DNA of 43,596 nucleotides from sequence record SRR16203515_1469; one strand, 5' to 3'. Shown piece by piece: positions 8,515 to 18,590 of this stretch (position 1 is its first letter; each line of letters starts with the position of its first letter). The notes under the pieces were generated by a model. It saw only the letters and a program-made list of their open reading frames with translations, ran no database searches and was not told where the DNA came from. The position numbers and the translations under genes were made by a program.

Positions 8515-10536
8515 TTATTTGTACAATGTTTCTGTGAGATAGCGATAAAAAGAGGGCATATCGAAGGGTTTACTTAAATAACCGGTGAACCCAAGCCTTT
8601 TATACTCCTCTACATCCTCTAACATCACATTGGCTGTGGTGGCGATGATAGGCACTCTGGCGTCTTCTTTACGAATAAGTTGAAAGGCTTGCTTGCCATC
8701 CATCACCGGCATTTGAATATCCATTAGCACGATGTCTGGCACCACTTTATTAAACATATCTACGGCCACTCTACCATTCTCTGCAAAATACACATCGGCA
8801 TGGGTTTTTTCGAGCATAGATTTTACGATTTCCTGATTAATCGCATTATCCTCAGCCACTAATATTCGTTTGCCTGTTAGGTTAGGCGTGTCGAAATCAA
8901 GGTTAACCTTGTTGAGAGCACTTGCCTGCTTAGGCGCCTGTTTAAGTGGTAGGTAGATAAGGAATTTTGTACCCTGGCCCTCTGAACTTGCAACGCGAAT
9001 ATTCCCGCCCATCAGGGTGACTAAATTATGGGTGATGGACATGCCGAGTCCAGAACCGCCGTAACGACGAGTTATAGAGGCGTCGGCTTGGGTAAATCGT
9101 TCAAAAAGCTGGCTCAATGCGTTTTCACACATGCCAATGCCGGTGTCTGTTACGGCAATATAGATACCTTGTTGCGTTGCACTCGATGCTTTATTTACCC
9201 TTATAGTGACACCGCCTGCCTCGGTAAATTTTACGGCGTTTGAGACTACATTAATGAGGATCTGTCTTAGCCGCACGGGGTCGCTCAGCCATCGGTTAGG
9301 CATGTTTTCGTCAAACACCGTATCAATGGTAATGTTTTTATCTATTGCGACAGGCAGAAAATCTGAGACCACAGATTCAACAACGGTATCTAGCGAAATT
9401 TCTACAATTTCAAGAGTCAGTTGGTTGGCGTCAATTTTTGAGTAATCTAGAATATCGTTGATGATACGTAACAAAGATTTAGCAGAATATATCGCATTGC
9501 CAATTAAGCGACCATTTTGCTTTTCTGCAACCTCACGTTGAAGTATCTGCAGGGTACCTAAAATACCATTGATAGGCGTGCGTATTTCATGGCTCATATT
9601 AGATAAAAATTGGCTTCTCGCCTTGTTGGAGCTTTCTGCTTGCTGTTTTGCTTTGCGCAAATCGTATTCAATTTTTTGCTGGTCGGTAATATCTTGTATC
9701 ACTGACCATATGTACTCTTTACCGTCCTCTTCCTCAATTTTTATTCCTGACAGTAAAACGGGGAATTTATGGCCGTCTTTATGAATATATTCTTTTTTGT
9801 ACGGCCCATAGCGTCCAGTGTCAGAGAGGGACGTGAGCTGCGCCGCTTCCTGAGTTTCATATTCCTGCGGGGTGAGTTGCCAGTAGTCCATGTTATTGAG
9901 CGCGGCTACCTTGTAGCCAGTGAAATTACTAAATTCGCGATTTACATAAACAAACTTACCGCTTTTAAGCTCATTGATGACTATGCCTACCGGCGCTAAA
10001 TTAACGAACTTCTCAAATTTCTCTTTTTCTCGTAGATAAGCTTTCTTAAAAGTCTCCGCTTCTGAGTGCGCATCGGCGAGTTGTTTTTGTGTATTGGTAA
10101 GTGTAGAGATATCTCTGCCGATACCTAAGATGAGAAACGTGTTATCCATGGGGATGGCGGTAAGTGAGACCAAACAAGGAAAGGTAGATCCATCGAGTTT
10201 TGAATGCACCCATTGGAAAAGTTGGGGGCCTTCGCTTACGGCCTTGCCTATTTTTTCAATCGCCATTTCTTCTGAGCGTCGGCCATTCGGTTGAAATTCA
10301 GGCGATATATCTGAAGGTAATAAGTTCAGAAAGTTTTCTTCGCTTTCAACACCATGCATTTCTATTGCTGAGTTATTGCACTCAATGAACTTACCCGTAT
10401 CTAAGTCAATGATCGATAGGGCATCGGCTGAAACGTCAAACAATTTCTTGTATTTGTCGCGCTCGTAGCGAACCCGTTCAAGCTCTTGTTTTAGTTTTTC
10501 ATTTTCATCTTTGATAAGCAAATACTCAGACGTCAT
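8515..10536 (-). CDS. Cytoplasmic hybrid histidine kinase (PAS-PAS-HisKA-HATPase-REC)
   Basis: H-box MSHEIRTPINGI, N-box NAVKFT, DTGIG, GGSGLG; receiver VAEDN...LMDIQMP...SKP; no transmembrane segment. Confidence 0.93.
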   Translation of the reverse strand: MTSEYLLIKDENEKLKQELERVRYERDKYKKLFDVSADALSIIDLDTGKFIECNNSAIEMHGVESEENFLNLLPSDISPEFQPNGRRSEEMAIEKIGKAVSEGPQLFQWVHSKLDGSTFPCLVSLTAIPMDNTFLILGIGRDISTLTNTQKQLADAHSEAETFKKAYLREKEKFEKFVNLAPVGIVINELKSGKFVYVNREFSNFTGYKVAALNNMDYWQLTPQEYETQEAAQLTSLSDTGRYGPYKKEYIHKDGHKFPVLLSGIKIEEEDGKEYIWSVIQDITDQQKIEYDLRKAKQQAESSNKARSQFLSNMSHEIRTPINGILGTLQILQREVAEKQNGRLIGNAIYSAKSLLRIINDILDYSKIDANQLTLEIVEISLDTVVESVVSDFLPVAIDKNITIDTVFDENMPNRWLSDPVRLRQILINVVSNAVKFTEAGGVTIRVNKASSATQQGIYIAVTDTGIGMCENALSQLFERFTQADASITRRYGGSGLGMSITHNLVTLMGGNIRVASSEGQGTKFLIYLPLKQAPKQASALNKVNLDFDTPNLTGKRILVAEDNAINQEIVKSMLEKTHADVYFAENGRVAVDMFNKVVPDIVLMDIQMPVMDGKQAFQLIRKEDARVPIIATTANVMLEDVEEYKRLGFTGYLSKPFDMPSFYRYLTETLYK

Positions 10537-10646
10537 CAGGCATTATATGCTACGCCAGCAAAAGGTAAATTCAGTATAATATAGTCCTGGTAAGGGCACT
10601 AGTATTGAAAATATAAACATGTCATTTTTGTATAGGGCGCAATCAG

Positions 10647-11549
10647 TTAGGCTAAACAAACTCGGTTCCTGCCCAGATGTTTGGCATCGTATACTGCTCT
10701 ATCAGAGCGTTTGACCACTTGCCATTCATCCTCATCGTCTTTTTTACACAACGAAAGTCCGATACTAATGGTCACTGAAAAACACTCTCCGTCATCACTT
10801 TCGAAGATAGCTTGTGACACATCGTGACGAATTCGTTCTGCATCGTTCGCGGCTGCATTTACCGGCGTATTTGCTAAAAATACAATAAACTCCTCGCCTC
10901 CAGAACGGGCGGCCCAGTCATTCGCCGCTATATGTTTAGTGATGATTTGACCAACGGAGATAATAACTTCATCCCCAATATTATGACCAAACCTATCATT
11001 AACCGACTTAAAATGATCAATATCTAACGTCATCACAATAAAATAGGTGCCGCTAATATTCGCCATAGCGAAAGCATCGGGCAACATCTCATTCATCGCT
11101 CGTCGGTTGTAGAGTTTGGTGAGCGGATCACGTAACGATATGGCACGTAATTTATTTTCAGCATGCTTAAAATGGGTGCAGTCCCGCTCGATAGCAGCGT
11201 AATGGGTCACTTTGTTATCATTATCTAAAAGAGGAAAGCTATTTAATTCTAGCCAGTAATCTTGGCCACATTTGGTGCGGTTTTGTAGTACCACCGAGAC
11301 TGATTGTTGTTTTTCTAACGCTTTCCGTATGGATTTTTTCGCTTGATCTTCAGTTTTATCGGATTGCAATATTCTGGGGGTTTGTCCAATCGCTTCTTCT
11401 TTGGAAAAACCGGTTAGCTTAGTAAAGGCATCATTCACATAGACGATCTCTGGGCCGGGTAACGACAGAGGAGAAGCTTTAGTAACAATGACCACATCTC
11501 TTGCTGAGTCAACAATCGTCTGGAAGCGGAAAGGATAGTTTTGTTTCAT
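10647..11549 (-). CDS. PAS-GGDEF diguanylate cyclase
   Basis: PAS (YVNDAFTKLTGF, GQTPRILQ), DPLTKLYNRR, DIDHFKSVND and active-site GGEEF. The RxxD I-site is absent (AAND). Confidence 0.92.
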   Translation of the reverse strand: MKQNYPFRFQTIVDSARDVVIVTKASPLSLPGPEIVYVNDAFTKLTGFSKEEAIGQTPRILQSDKTEDQAKKSIRKALEKQQSVSVVLQNRTKCGQDYWLELNSFPLLDNDNKVTHYAAIERDCTHFKHAENKLRAISLRDPLTKLYNRRAMNEMLPDAFAMANISGTYFIVMTLDIDHFKSVNDRFGHNIGDEVIISVGQIITKHIAANDWAARSGGEEFIVFLANTPVNAAANDAERIRHDVSQAIFESDDGECFSVTISIGLSLCKKDDEDEWQVVKRSDRAVYDAKHLGRNRVCLA

Positions 11550-11795
11550 TTAGCCTCTCTCAAATATGATTAAACTTGGCTTAATTACCGCTTTTTCACG
11601 CTAATCGACGCGTTTGGTTTGGCAACAACGCTGTATTGAAAAGAGTTGTTCGCTAAGCCTTAAGCGTAGACCGAGTTTAAGATAAAAGATATTGAGTGGT
11701 GCGGACACTGTGCTTATTGGTGGCAAAATAAAGTAAGCCAATGCCCTTGGCTAGTCATCGTCATAAATTTAATTTCTTTTTAATCCATCGGCCTG

Positions 11796-11818
11796 TTTTG
11801 CTCTTTGTGAGAGCAAAA
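11796..11818. terminator. Putative terminator hairpin downstream of the MCP gene
   Basis: TTTTGCTCT-N5-AGAGCAAAA; weak, AT-rich stem. Confidence 0.4.
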
Positions 11819-11822
11819 ACAA

Positions 11823-11888
11823 GGTTATCGACGGAGAATGTCGATAACCGAGCCTGTCGATAACCGAGCTATGTCGATCACCAAGCTA
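11823..11888. repeat. Three 16-17 bp direct repeats plus one inverted partial copy
   Basis: TGTCGATAACCGAGC at 11839 and 11855; degenerate TGTCGATCACCAAGC at 11872; inverted GGTTATCGAC at 11823-11832. Confidence 0.85.
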
Positions 11889-11952
11889 TAGGGACGGCGC
11901 GTTGTAGCGCGTAGCGGCAACCTCGTAGAGCGCCGCCATGCCATTAACTCGC

Positions 11953-13506
11953 TTAGTTGAGATGGAAGCGTCCTACTGCAGCTTTAAGAGATTCAAGCAG
12001 TCGAACCTGTTCGTCTGACTGTTCGGTAATGCTCTGTAGTCCTACTTTGTTTTCGTTGGTGTGCGCTTGAACCTGCACTATGTTTTCTGACACTTCTCGT
12101 GCTACTGCACTTTGTTCTTCCACTCCTACTGATATTTGTGCATTCATATCGTTAACCACCGACGTTGCCTCGGCCACCTGAGTGAAAAGTTGCCCTAAAT
12201 GATGGGTGCGATCAATAGCGCTGTTTGATTCTTCTTGTGATGCAGCGATAACGTCCACTACGTTACTGGTGCCCGTGGTGATGGACTCAATAATTGAGGT
12301 GATTTCCTCTATGGAGTTTTGCGTGCGTTGTGCTAACGAGCGTACTTCATCCGCCACTACCGCAAAGCCTCGGCCTTGTTCACCGGCTCTTGCGGCTTCA
12401 ATAGCTGCATTCAGTGCCAATAGGTTAGTTTGTTCTGCAATAGCACGAATAGTAAGTAGAATTTGATCAATTTGCTTGTTGTCCGCTGCCAGTTTCTCAA
12501 CGAGAGAAGAGGTGTTTGTCATGCGCTCACCGAGTTGACCAATGGTTTCCACGGTATCCTCTACATCACGTCGCCCTTCAGAAATGAGAGAGTTTACATT
12601 GTCGTTTTGACGTGCAGTTTCAGCCGCATTCTGGGCTATTTCATCCGTTGCGCTGGCCATTTGTGTTACTGCAGTGGCGACTAATTCTGTCTCTTGATGT
12701 TGGCGTTCTATCGATGACATAGATTGATGCAATGCCGCTCCTACCGAGTCGATAGAGCCGCCAAGTTGATTGGTCGCCCCTTTTACTTGCTGGAGCAATG
12801 CGGATAACGACGATATCGCATTGTTTAATGCCGTGGCAATACTGGCTAATTCATCTCTGCCGGAGACGGCCACAGTATCGTTAAGGTTACCTTTTGCCAG
12901 CGAACCCGCCACTCGGCGGATTTCTTGTAGCGGCGTAGCAATAGAGTTATACAGCCAGCGCCCTGCAAAGGCGGCAATAATTAGTGATACTGAGAGCACG
13001 ACCCAGTTAATGGTGCTGGTGGTAGCGTTCTTGCTATCTAAAATGGCAAGTTGATCCGCCTTAATCGTTTTCACGGCCTGAGAGACCGCATTGGCAGATT
13101 TCACCATAATTTGTGCATCGTCTGCGCTTACTTGGGTACCTGCGCGTAAAGCATCGGCATAGCGCATATAAGCCGCACGATACTTTTCAATGTTTTCTAT
13201 CACTACCTGAGTGGCACGACGACTTTTGGGGATTTGCATATGTGACAGCGCGGTATTCGCAGCTTGTTGCGCTTTATCAAGCGCGCCGTTAGTGCGGGTG
13301 ACATGTTGGCTGTTTTCTGGCTCCATCATGGTATAGCGTTGATACAAGCGCGCCGCGTAGACGTTGGCATCGACTTCACTAAGTTGCAATGCGATTTGCG
13401 CTTTGGTGCGAGCGACCGACTGATTGACCATATTAAATGCACCCACCAGCACGATTAGTGCGGAAAGTACAACAAGCGTAAGTATTAATCTTTGTTTTAC
13501 GGTCAC
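11953..13506 (-). CDS. Methyl-accepting chemotaxis protein (TM-sensor-TM-HAMP-MA)
   Basis: Hairpin-tip motif [37 protein letters not shown]; two TM segments; HAMP (GRDELA). GTG start with a GAGG RBS. Confidence 0.95.
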   Translation of the reverse strand: MTVKQRLILTLVVLSALIVLVGAFNMVNQSVARTKAQIALQLSEVDANVYAARLYQRYTMMEPENSQHVTRTNGALDKAQQAANTALSHMQIPKSRRATQVVIENIEKYRAAYMRYADALRAGTQVSADDAQIMVKSANAVSQAVKTIKADQLAILDSKNATTSTINWVVLSVSLIIAAFAGRWLYNSIATPLQEIRRVAGSLAKGNLNDTVAVSGRDELASIATALNNAISSLSALLQQVKGATNQLGGSIDSVGAALHQSMSSIERQHQETELVATAVTQMASATDEIAQNAAETARQNDNVNSLISEGRRDVEDTVETIGQLGERMTNTSSLVEKLAADNKQIDQILLTIRAIAEQTNLLALNAAIEAARAGEQGRGFAVVADEVRSLAQRTQNSIEEITSIIESITTGTSNVVDVIAASQEESNSAIDRTHHLGQLFTQVAEATSVVNDMNAQISVGVEEQSAVAREVSENIVQVQAHTNENKVGLQSITEQSDEQVRLLESLKAAVGRFHLN

Positions 13507-13828
13507 TGGTTACCTCTTTCAGTTTGTGTACCTAGCTATACGAGCTTCATCGTGGAAGGCCACAGTTTCAATTACAATAAATAGCACTCACCGATTAATC
13601 TGCCATATCTTTTGCCTGCAAAATCAAACGGTAAAAAATATTAACACGCTTAATGGTTAGCCATCGACGTATCCGCTTCCGTATTATCACTTTTACAACG
13701 AGCGTAACCAAAAGGTAGTAGTGAGTGACGCTATTTGCAACCCCCCATAGAAGGCACAGCAAGGTTAAACTACTCTTGGTTTCATTCAGATGTTGGGGGG
13801 GGGCGCCTTATGGCATGGGTGGTAGGCG

Positions 13829-14044
13829 TTATTTCTTCCTGTTATTGGGAAATAGCTTAAGTTTTATCGCTAGTTCGGTTACCACTAAGGCGACAACACA
13901 GATGATGGCAACCATCAGTGATAATTCCCAGGGTTCGCTTAGTGCGAACAGACTTTTCATAAAGCGAATGAGCAGTGTACTGGCAATAGCGATAGACAGC
14001 GTATAAACGATATAGCTTAAAATAGTAGTAAGGTTGGTAAACAT
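13829..14044 (-). CDS. Small two-TM membrane protein, candidate microcin immunity protein
   Basis: 71 aa, two hydrophobic stretches, basic C-tail (NNRKK), AAGGGAG RBS; begins 40 nt after the precursor stop. Confidence 0.65.
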   Translation of the reverse strand: MFTNLTTILSYIVYTLSIAIASTLLIRFMKSLFALSEPWELSLMVAIICVVALVVTELAIKLKLFPNNRKK

Positions 14045-14084
14045 GATAGCGTCTCCCTTGGAGAAGGAGCAAAAGCTCCTTTAT

Positions 14085-14333
14085 TTATTTTTCGAGAGAG
14101 GGAGTTGTGTTGGTATACACCCGCTCGGCCATTTTATCGCCTATTTTACTTCCTGCGTAGCCAATACCACCGGAAATCGCGCCTAGTGCTATACCTGCAA
14201 AGCCCCCTCGAATAGCACCAATGGCTCCCGCTGCTATTGAAGCACCAAGCCCTGCCATACTAAAATCGCCCCAGCAGTACTCAGCACAGCCACCAGAAAC
14301 TTGATCTATCTCATCGAATGTTAGTTGTTTCAT
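14085..14333 (-). CDS. Double-glycine-leader bacteriocin / class II microcin-like precursor
   Basis: 15-aa leader MKQLTFDEIDQVSGG; Gly/Ala-rich core with GxxxG motifs; N-terminal CAEYC; AGGA RBS. Confidence 0.82.
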   Translation of the reverse strand: MKQLTFDEIDQVSGGCAEYCWGDFSMAGLGASIAAGAIGAIRGGFAGIALGAISGGIGYAGSKIGDKMAERVYTNTTPSLEK

Positions 14334-14442
14334 GATACGTTCCTAATTTTGAAGTTTCCCAGGATGGGAAACCTAAACGTAGCGTGAAAGAAGCCACTAT
14401 ACATCTGACTGCAAGACCAGTTTTTAATGAGACTAATAAAGA

Positions 14443-15090
14443 TTATTGCCGGGTTAGTTGTTTGATTAGCGCGCTGTGCGTGGGAAAGCGATGGAGTAAC
14501 GCTTTGCGTGTACCTAGTTGCATATCGGTATATTCAAAGCCAGGAGCGACAGCCTCACCAATTAAGCCATAGCCATGTTTTCCGTTGGTAGGAATTTTGG
14601 ACGCTTTCCAGGTTCCGCCTTTCACTACCATTTGCATTTTATGTCCTTTGGTGGGATCTGGTCCTAACACGTGAGTTTCCAGTTGACCTTCTTCATCGAT
14701 TAGGTAGTAGGTAATAGGATCGCCTAAATGAAAGTAGTGCATGATGTCGGAACGGTTCATGTGAAAATGGCCGATGGGAGACTTAGCACTTAGCAGATAG
14801 TAAATAGAGGTCATGGTGACCCTATTTCCATGCTGTGTCGCGATGGGGGGACGGTGATCGGCTTTAAAGGTTTGTTTGAAATAGCCGCCCTCTACATGCT
14901 CGCTCAAGCTAAGTGAGGCAATGACTTGTTCAGCACTCAGTCGGTCGTTATTGATTACCTCTCTGGCCCCCTTGAGCGTGGGCTCACCTTGGGTTTTAAA
15001 GTAAGGTTTTGGGCTTTGACAGCCTCCTATGGCGAAAACAATGACCACGAATAAAAGTAATGCCACAGTGCGTGGGGTGGGTAACAACAT
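14443..15090 (-). CDS. Cupin_5 (DUF985) family protein with a predicted lipoprotein signal
   Basis: HVEGGYF, TSIYYLL, HYFHLGDP, GEAVAPGFEYTD; hydrophobic N-terminus ending in IGGC. Confidence 0.85.
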   Translation of the reverse strand: MLLPTPRTVALLLFVVIVFAIGGCQSPKPYFKTQGEPTLKGAREVINNDRLSAEQVIASLSLSEHVEGGYFKQTFKADHRPPIATQHGNRVTMTSIYYLLSAKSPIGHFHMNRSDIMHYFHLGDPITYYLIDEEGQLETHVLGPDPTKGHKMQMVVKGGTWKASKIPTNGKHGYGLIGEAVAPGFEYTDMQLGTRKALLHRFPTHSALIKQLTRQ

Positions 15091-15213
15091 AGCAGAACCT
15101 TTGTCTCGATATATAGCAGCTTAGCCTACTAAGTAGAAAAGTAAGTCACGGTTTATTACTTGTACGTAGGCAAGCTAGTGACAGAATGGTATTAGATTAT
15201 ACGACCAGTGCCA

Positions 15214-17187
15214 TTAATGCAGTAATAAAAACGACATCGGTGTGGTATCGATAAACTCACCGTGAATTCTCGCTTGCTGGCTCCCTCGCGGTACAAACAC
15301 ATAGCAGGGGGGGAGGGGGTTGGCTTCTTGTAGATCGAGCCATAAATTATCAAGGGCATCGTTTCCGTGCACCAAAAAGGTTTCGCCCCATGAGGTAGTA
15401 TAAAGCACGGATATATGTTCAACCGTGGATTTTTGACGATAGGTAGGAAAATTCACCAGCGCCATACAGGTGGTAATTTTCATTGGGGCAAGGAGATCAT
15501 TGCGGGGTAACGCGGTCACCTTCACTGGCGGAAAGTATTTACTTAGGTGGCGCACTAGGTCACTTAAGTCTAACTCACTGACTTCACCTGAATTGTAATC
15601 TAATAGTATGTTGGATTTAGCGTCAATAATACGGCTACTAACACACCACACCATAAGCTCGACAGCATTGGAAGCTTGGGCTATTTTTTGGCCTGCATCA
15701 ATGATTCCGCTTTTGCTGAGTTGATCACCGGCATACACCGACCATAATTCGTCTCCATTTTTCAACTGCTTGAGGGTAACTGTCACACTTTCGCAATACA
15801 GGTTTTCGTCAAATGCGCGCCGTAAGAACTCAATTTTATTTTCCTTCTTGCCGTAAAAGGTACTCAGTCGTCTGCCAAGGACTGTCATATCTTTTACATC
15901 CATCGCTTGCTGTTCAGGCCGTAATTGAGTGGATATACGACGGTAGCATTTTAATAAAAAACGATGAATTCGCCGGCTTAGTTGAACGCGTTCGTGAAAG
16001 CTCCACTCTTGACGGTTATCTAGGTGATAAAGCTGCTTACGGGTCCAGCCCCAGCTTTTAGCATAAGCGGAGAGAATTTTTCGCTTGAAGTTAGCCGGTT
16101 CGCCTTGTTGAAGAGGCTGGCTTAAATTTCCGACACACTTTAAATACAAGCACTGTTGCAGCAGCAATACATCTTCTGCTTGGCCTTCTTTTTGGTAATG
16201 GGCGATTAATTCGTCAAACATCAACGCATAGGGGTCGATGATGGCCACCTGTCCCGGTGCTTCTGCCCCGCGATGGACATGCTTTTTTAACACATTACAT
16301 AAGGGTTGACCGTTTTCAATATTGGCTAGGTACACCTCTAACTTAGCTATTTTTAACAGCGATTTAAACGGTGAGTCCATGGCCTTACTGAGCTGCCAAA
16401 TGGCCGCTCCAAATAATTCACTGGCATCCACCCGTTCCACGTTACCTAAATCCATAAACCAGCTAAGATCGGGAGAGCCTCCTTCTTCAAGGGTATTGTG
16501 TAAACCTGCGTACTGCTTATCATTGGTCTTTTCTGGCGTTAGCCACCAAAATGGGGCCTTTCCTGCCACCACGATATTGGTATTGTAAAATTCAGCTTTG
16601 AGAAATTGAGCTTGGGCTGAACCCGAGCTTTCGCCGTCTGCCTCACCAAATTGATTATGCTTAACATTGTCAATTTCTGATAAAAAGAAATGTACCTCAA
16701 GTCCCCATTCGGCTTCCGCCCAGCTTTCAATAGCGGTGAGCTTTTGCTGTAGCGTGGCTAACGCGTCAGCGTTAAACCGATTGCCGTCTAGGCAAACCCA
16801 GTAGTCGAAATCTGACCTGTCGGTTTGCGCAATTGTACCTATACTGCCCATTAACACTAAGGCATCAATGGCACGCTGGCGGGGCCAAATGGGTTTTATA
16901 TCGGCAAATAATGCGGTTTTATCGGGAAAGCACGCGGTAAGGGCTTCGGCGATATCTTGCCGAAACGAGTAGTTATTAATGCCAAAGGGAACCTGCTCAC
17001 CCTCAACGAATCCTGGCAACTCTGGATGGTTTACATGCAACAAAAACGGAATGGCATGAAACAGGGGTTGGTGTTCTTTGGGCAAGAGCGTTAGTGCTCG
17101 CTCAATACGTGCTTTGTTGTACCTCAATACCCGCAACAAGCGAATGGTCAGGTTTTGTTGAATTGATAGCGTCTGTGCCGCTGTCAT
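15214..17187 (-). CDS. cyaA: Class I adenylate cyclase (short form, 657 aa)
   Basis: PFLLHVNHPELPGF, nucleotidyltransferase motif LMGSIGTIAQTDRSDFDYWVC, EVHFFL, GESSGSAQ, WQLSKAMDSPFKSLLK. Confidence 0.88.
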   Translation of the reverse strand: MTAAQTLSIQQNLTIRLLRVLRYNKARIERALTLLPKEHQPLFHAIPFLLHVNHPELPGFVEGEQVPFGINNYSFRQDIAEALTACFPDKTALFADIKPIWPRQRAIDALVLMGSIGTIAQTDRSDFDYWVCLDGNRFNADALATLQQKLTAIESWAEAEWGLEVHFFLSEIDNVKHNQFGEADGESSGSAQAQFLKAEFYNTNIVVAGKAPFWWLTPEKTNDKQYAGLHNTLEEGGSPDLSWFMDLGNVERVDASELFGAAIWQLSKAMDSPFKSLLKIAKLEVYLANIENGQPLCNVLKKHVHRGAEAPGQVAIIDPYALMFDELIAHYQKEGQAEDVLLLQQCLYLKCVGNLSQPLQQGEPANFKRKILSAYAKSWGWTRKQLYHLDNRQEWSFHERVQLSRRIHRFLLKCYRRISTQLRPEQQAMDVKDMTVLGRRLSTFYGKKENKIEFLRRAFDENLYCESVTVTLKQLKNGDELWSVYAGDQLSKSGIIDAGQKIAQASNAVELMVWCVSSRIIDAKSNILLDYNSGEVSELDLSDLVRHLSKYFPPVKVTALPRNDLLAPMKITTCMALVNFPTYRQKSTVEHISVLYTTSWGETFLVHGNDALDNLWLDLQEANPLPPCYVFVPRGSQQARIHGEFIDTTPMSFLLLH

Positions 17188-17391
17188 TGTGGCTCTTTTT
17201 TATCCTTCATTGGTTAACAGAATAGCGTGAATTAAGCTTATGTGCCTATTATTTTTAGCTATACGTATGATTCGCTGATTTAGTGCTATCTTCGGTGTAG
17301 CCCGATAGCCGTGTGGTGATATCTACGGTAAACTAGCGGTGTTCACGCTATGCTTTCTTCGCAGTTCGCGTCTTAACTAAGGCTATATATT

Positions 17392-17976
17392 ATGATCCAC
17401 AATGATGTTCTTCGTCGCATCCGTTTTGCGCTTGCTATTAATGACACTGCTGCTATCAGCATTTTCAAGCTGGCAAACTATGATATGGAATTGCCGTATC
17501 TTCACGCTATCATGAAAAAAGAAGACGAAGAAGGCTATCTCCCTTGTCGCGATAAAATTATCTCTTTGTTTCTTGATGGCTTGATTATCAAAAATCGCGG
17601 CAAGCAAGAAGGACAAGAACCTCGTATGCTGGCGGCTGGTGAACGGTTAAGTAACAACGAAGTGCTTCGTAAAATTCGTATCGCCATGAGTTACAAAGAT
17701 GAAGATATGATAGAGATACTGCAATTGGCGAACTTTAGCTTAAGTAAAAGTGAGTTGTCTGCGTTGTTCAGAAAACCCGACCACCGCAATTATAAGGCCG
17801 CAGGTGATCAGGTGGTGCGTAATCTACTTCAGGGGATGGTGAAAAAGTATCGTCCTGACGCGAAAAAAACCGCTTTTACCAAAGAGCAACAGAGAGAAAA
17901 AACCAAAGCGGCGACCCATGCACGCAAAAACAAAACCCAGACATCGCCAAGTAAGTCGGTGTGGGGCAAAGTCTAG
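17392..17976 (+). CDS. DUF1456 (YehS-like) protein with a basic C-terminal extension
   Basis: Duplicated NDVLRRIRFAL / NNEVLRKIRIAM units; SKSELSALFRKPDHRNY. Confidence 0.85.
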   Translation: MIHNDVLRRIRFALAINDTAAISIFKLANYDMELPYLHAIMKKEDEEGYLPCRDKIISLFLDGLIIKNRGKQEGQEPRMLAAGERLSNNEVLRKIRIAMSYKDEDMIEILQLANFSLSKSELSALFRKPDHRNYKAAGDQVVRNLLQGMVKKYRPDAKKTAFTKEQQREKTKAATHARKNKTQTSPSKSVWGKV

Positions 17977-18021
17977 AGAAAAAACACAGATAGCACAGTT
18001 TATGATAAAAGGAGTGAGTAA

Positions 18022-18570
18022 ATGAGCCGCCATTTTGATAGCGCCGACGGGTTGTGTGAGACTAAGGATACTGCTACGAAAGGGTTTGTTTTTAATCAAA
18101 CCATGTTGCGTATTGCCGATCCTGCCCGCTCACTAGATTTTTATACCCGAGTAATGGGGATGACATTGCTAAAACGGTTAGATTTCGAGTCGATGGAATT
18201 TAGCTTATATTTTCTCGCAGCAGGCGATGATTTCAGCGATATAAGCGAAGATGATGGTGCGCGCACAGCGCAAACCTTTGGTCGCCCGGCAATGTTAGAA
18301 TTAACCCACAATTGGGGTGATAGTGCTGATAGTGTCGAATATCACAATGGCAATAGCGATCCGAAAGGCTTTGGCCACATAGGGTTTCATGTTCCCGATG
18401 CCCAGGCAGCCTGCCAACGATTTGAATCATTAGGAGTGCCGTTTCAAAAAGGCCTTAATGATGGTTCAATGAAAGGCATTGCCTTTATCAAAGATCCCGA
18501 TGGCTACTGGATTGAAATTTTCGATGCGAAGAAGGTGGCTGACACCTGCGCGCCCCACCTTAAAAAATAA
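18022..18570 (+). CDS. gloA: Lactoylglutathione lyase (glyoxalase I, long Zn-type form)
   Basis: [43 protein letters not shown]. Confidence 0.93.
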   Translation: MSRHFDSADGLCETKDTATKGFVFNQTMLRIADPARSLDFYTRVMGMTLLKRLDFESMEFSLYFLAAGDDFSDISEDDGARTAQTFGRPAMLELTHNWGDSADSVEYHNGNSDPKGFGHIGFHVPDAQAACQRFESLGVPFQKGLNDGSMKGIAFIKDPDGYWIEIFDAKKVADTCAPHLKK

Positions 18571-18590
18571 CAGTATCTCTCTTTGGGCGG

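Noticed and set aside
10647-11549. PAS domain as a LOV photoreceptor
   Set aside because: GQTPRILQ lacks the photoactive Cys of GxNCRFLQ.
11823-11888. Repeat cluster as a CRISPR array
   Set aside because: Units are 16-17 bp and adjacent, with no spacers, and there are no cas genes in the window.
13725-14072. Alternative ORFs 13857-14072 (-) and 13725-14006 (+)
   Set aside because: They overlap the 71-aa two-TM ORF, which has the better RBS and a coherent hydrophobicity pattern.
13507-14442. Microcin cassette as part of a mobile element
   Set aside because: No transposase, integrase, terminal inverted repeats or target-site duplication seen.
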